A DNA stretch of 35,454 nt from positions 1 to 35,454 of the IMG/VR virus record IMGVR_UViG_3300050150_000054; one strand, given 5' to 3'. This DNA is from a virus. Its lineage: Duplodnaviria > Caudoviricetes. The position numbers were made by a program, and so were the translations under genes. Positions 35,005 through 35,454 of this stretch are shown one piece after another. Each line of letters starts with the position of its first letter. Position 1 is the stretch's first letter. The notes under the pieces are model-generated. The model did no database searches. It was not told the DNA's origin and worked only from the letters and a program-made list of their open reading frames with translations.

Positions 35005-35454
35005 ATGAATACAAAACAATTTTTAAAACATTATAATATTGATTATAAAATTAATGAAAACGGAAAAATTGAAATAGGTGGCAGCCTCTATTTGAGTTGC
35101 CTAACATCTATCCCCGAAGGATTTAATCCTACCGTGGGTGGTAGCCTCGATTTGAGGGGGCTAACATCTATCCCCGAAGGATTTAATCCAACAGTAGGCG
35201 GTGGCCTCTATTTGAGTGGTCTAACATCCATACCTGAAGGCTTCAACCCAACAGTAGGTGGTAGCCTCTATTTGAGTGATCTAACATCCATCCCTGAAGG
35301 CTTTAATCCAACAGTAGGCGGTAGCCTCTATTTGAGTTGCCTAACATCTATCCCCGAAGGATTTAATCCTACCGTGGGTGGTAGCCTCGATTTGAGTGGT
35401 CTAACATCCATACCTGAAGGCTTCAACCCAACAGTAGGTGGCAGCCTCTATTTG
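35005..35454 (+). CDS. 5' part of the LRR-like repeat protein (runs off the window end)
   Basis: AGGAG RBS, then ATG AAT ACA...; 150 open codons, MNTKQFLKHYNIDYKINENGKIEIGGSLYLSCLTSIPEGF... Confidence 0.9.
   Translation, partial: MNTKQFLKHYNIDYKINENGKIEIGGSLYLSCLTSIPEGFNPTVGGSLDLRGLTSIPEGFNPTVGGGLYLSGLTSIPEGFNPTVGGSLYLSDLTSIPEGFNPTVGGSLYLSCLTSIPEGFNPTVGGSLDLSGLTSIPEGFNPTVGGSLYL
35077..35454 (+). repeat. 60-bp tandem repeat array (about 6.3 units), same family as 1-476
   Basis: Periodicity is directly visible. Confidence 0.98.

Noticed and set aside
35105-35231. Physical direct terminal repeat
   Set aside because: The match to 1-127 is internal, lies within tandem repeats and equals a typical k-mer length, so it is more likely an assembly effect.
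35077-35454. Diversity-generating retroelement (AGC/GGC/GAC and TAT/GAT could derive from AAY codons)
   Set aside because: No reverse transcriptase or separate template repeat is visible, and synonymous adenines (CTA, ACA, GAA) are invariant across units. Block recombination explains the pattern better.

Overview
This window is a near-complete ~35.5 kb genome of a P22-like podovirus whose host is probably an alphaproteobacterium (GcrA homologue, GTA-type 3TM holin). The assembly breaks inside a 60-bp tandem-repeat gene that is split between the two ends (35005-35454 and 1-962). The minus-strand late arm (26500->8054) encodes terS, terL, portal, two extra genes, scaffold, coat, gp4/gp10-like tail proteins, a GNAT, three ejection proteins, a tail fibre, a lysis cassette and an SGNH esterase. 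The plus-strand early arm (26990->35454, continuing 1->7992) encodes an RHH regulator, Toprim/VapE primase-helicase, HNH, SF2 helicase, VRR-NUC, YqaJ exonuclease, Arc-like RHH, RecT, the repeat (LRR-like) protein, a SNF2-like helicase with a DNA methyltransferase, Nmad5, an XRE HTH, many small ORFs, a DnaA domain IV-like protein and GcrA. I recognised no integrase, CI-type repressor, DNA polymerase, reverse transcriptase, tRNA or CRISPR array. The four most interesting observations are: (1) a short late-leader RNA whose hairpin loop is antisense to the ribosome-binding sites behind two twin early promoters; (2) an LRR-like array varying at only four residues per unit, with shuffled synonymous blocks; (3) tandem DnaA-IV and GcrA cell-cycle regulator homologues; (4) an unannotated RHH gene translationally coupled between endolysin and holin. 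All family calls come from motifs recognised by eye and from synteny; no database searches were run.
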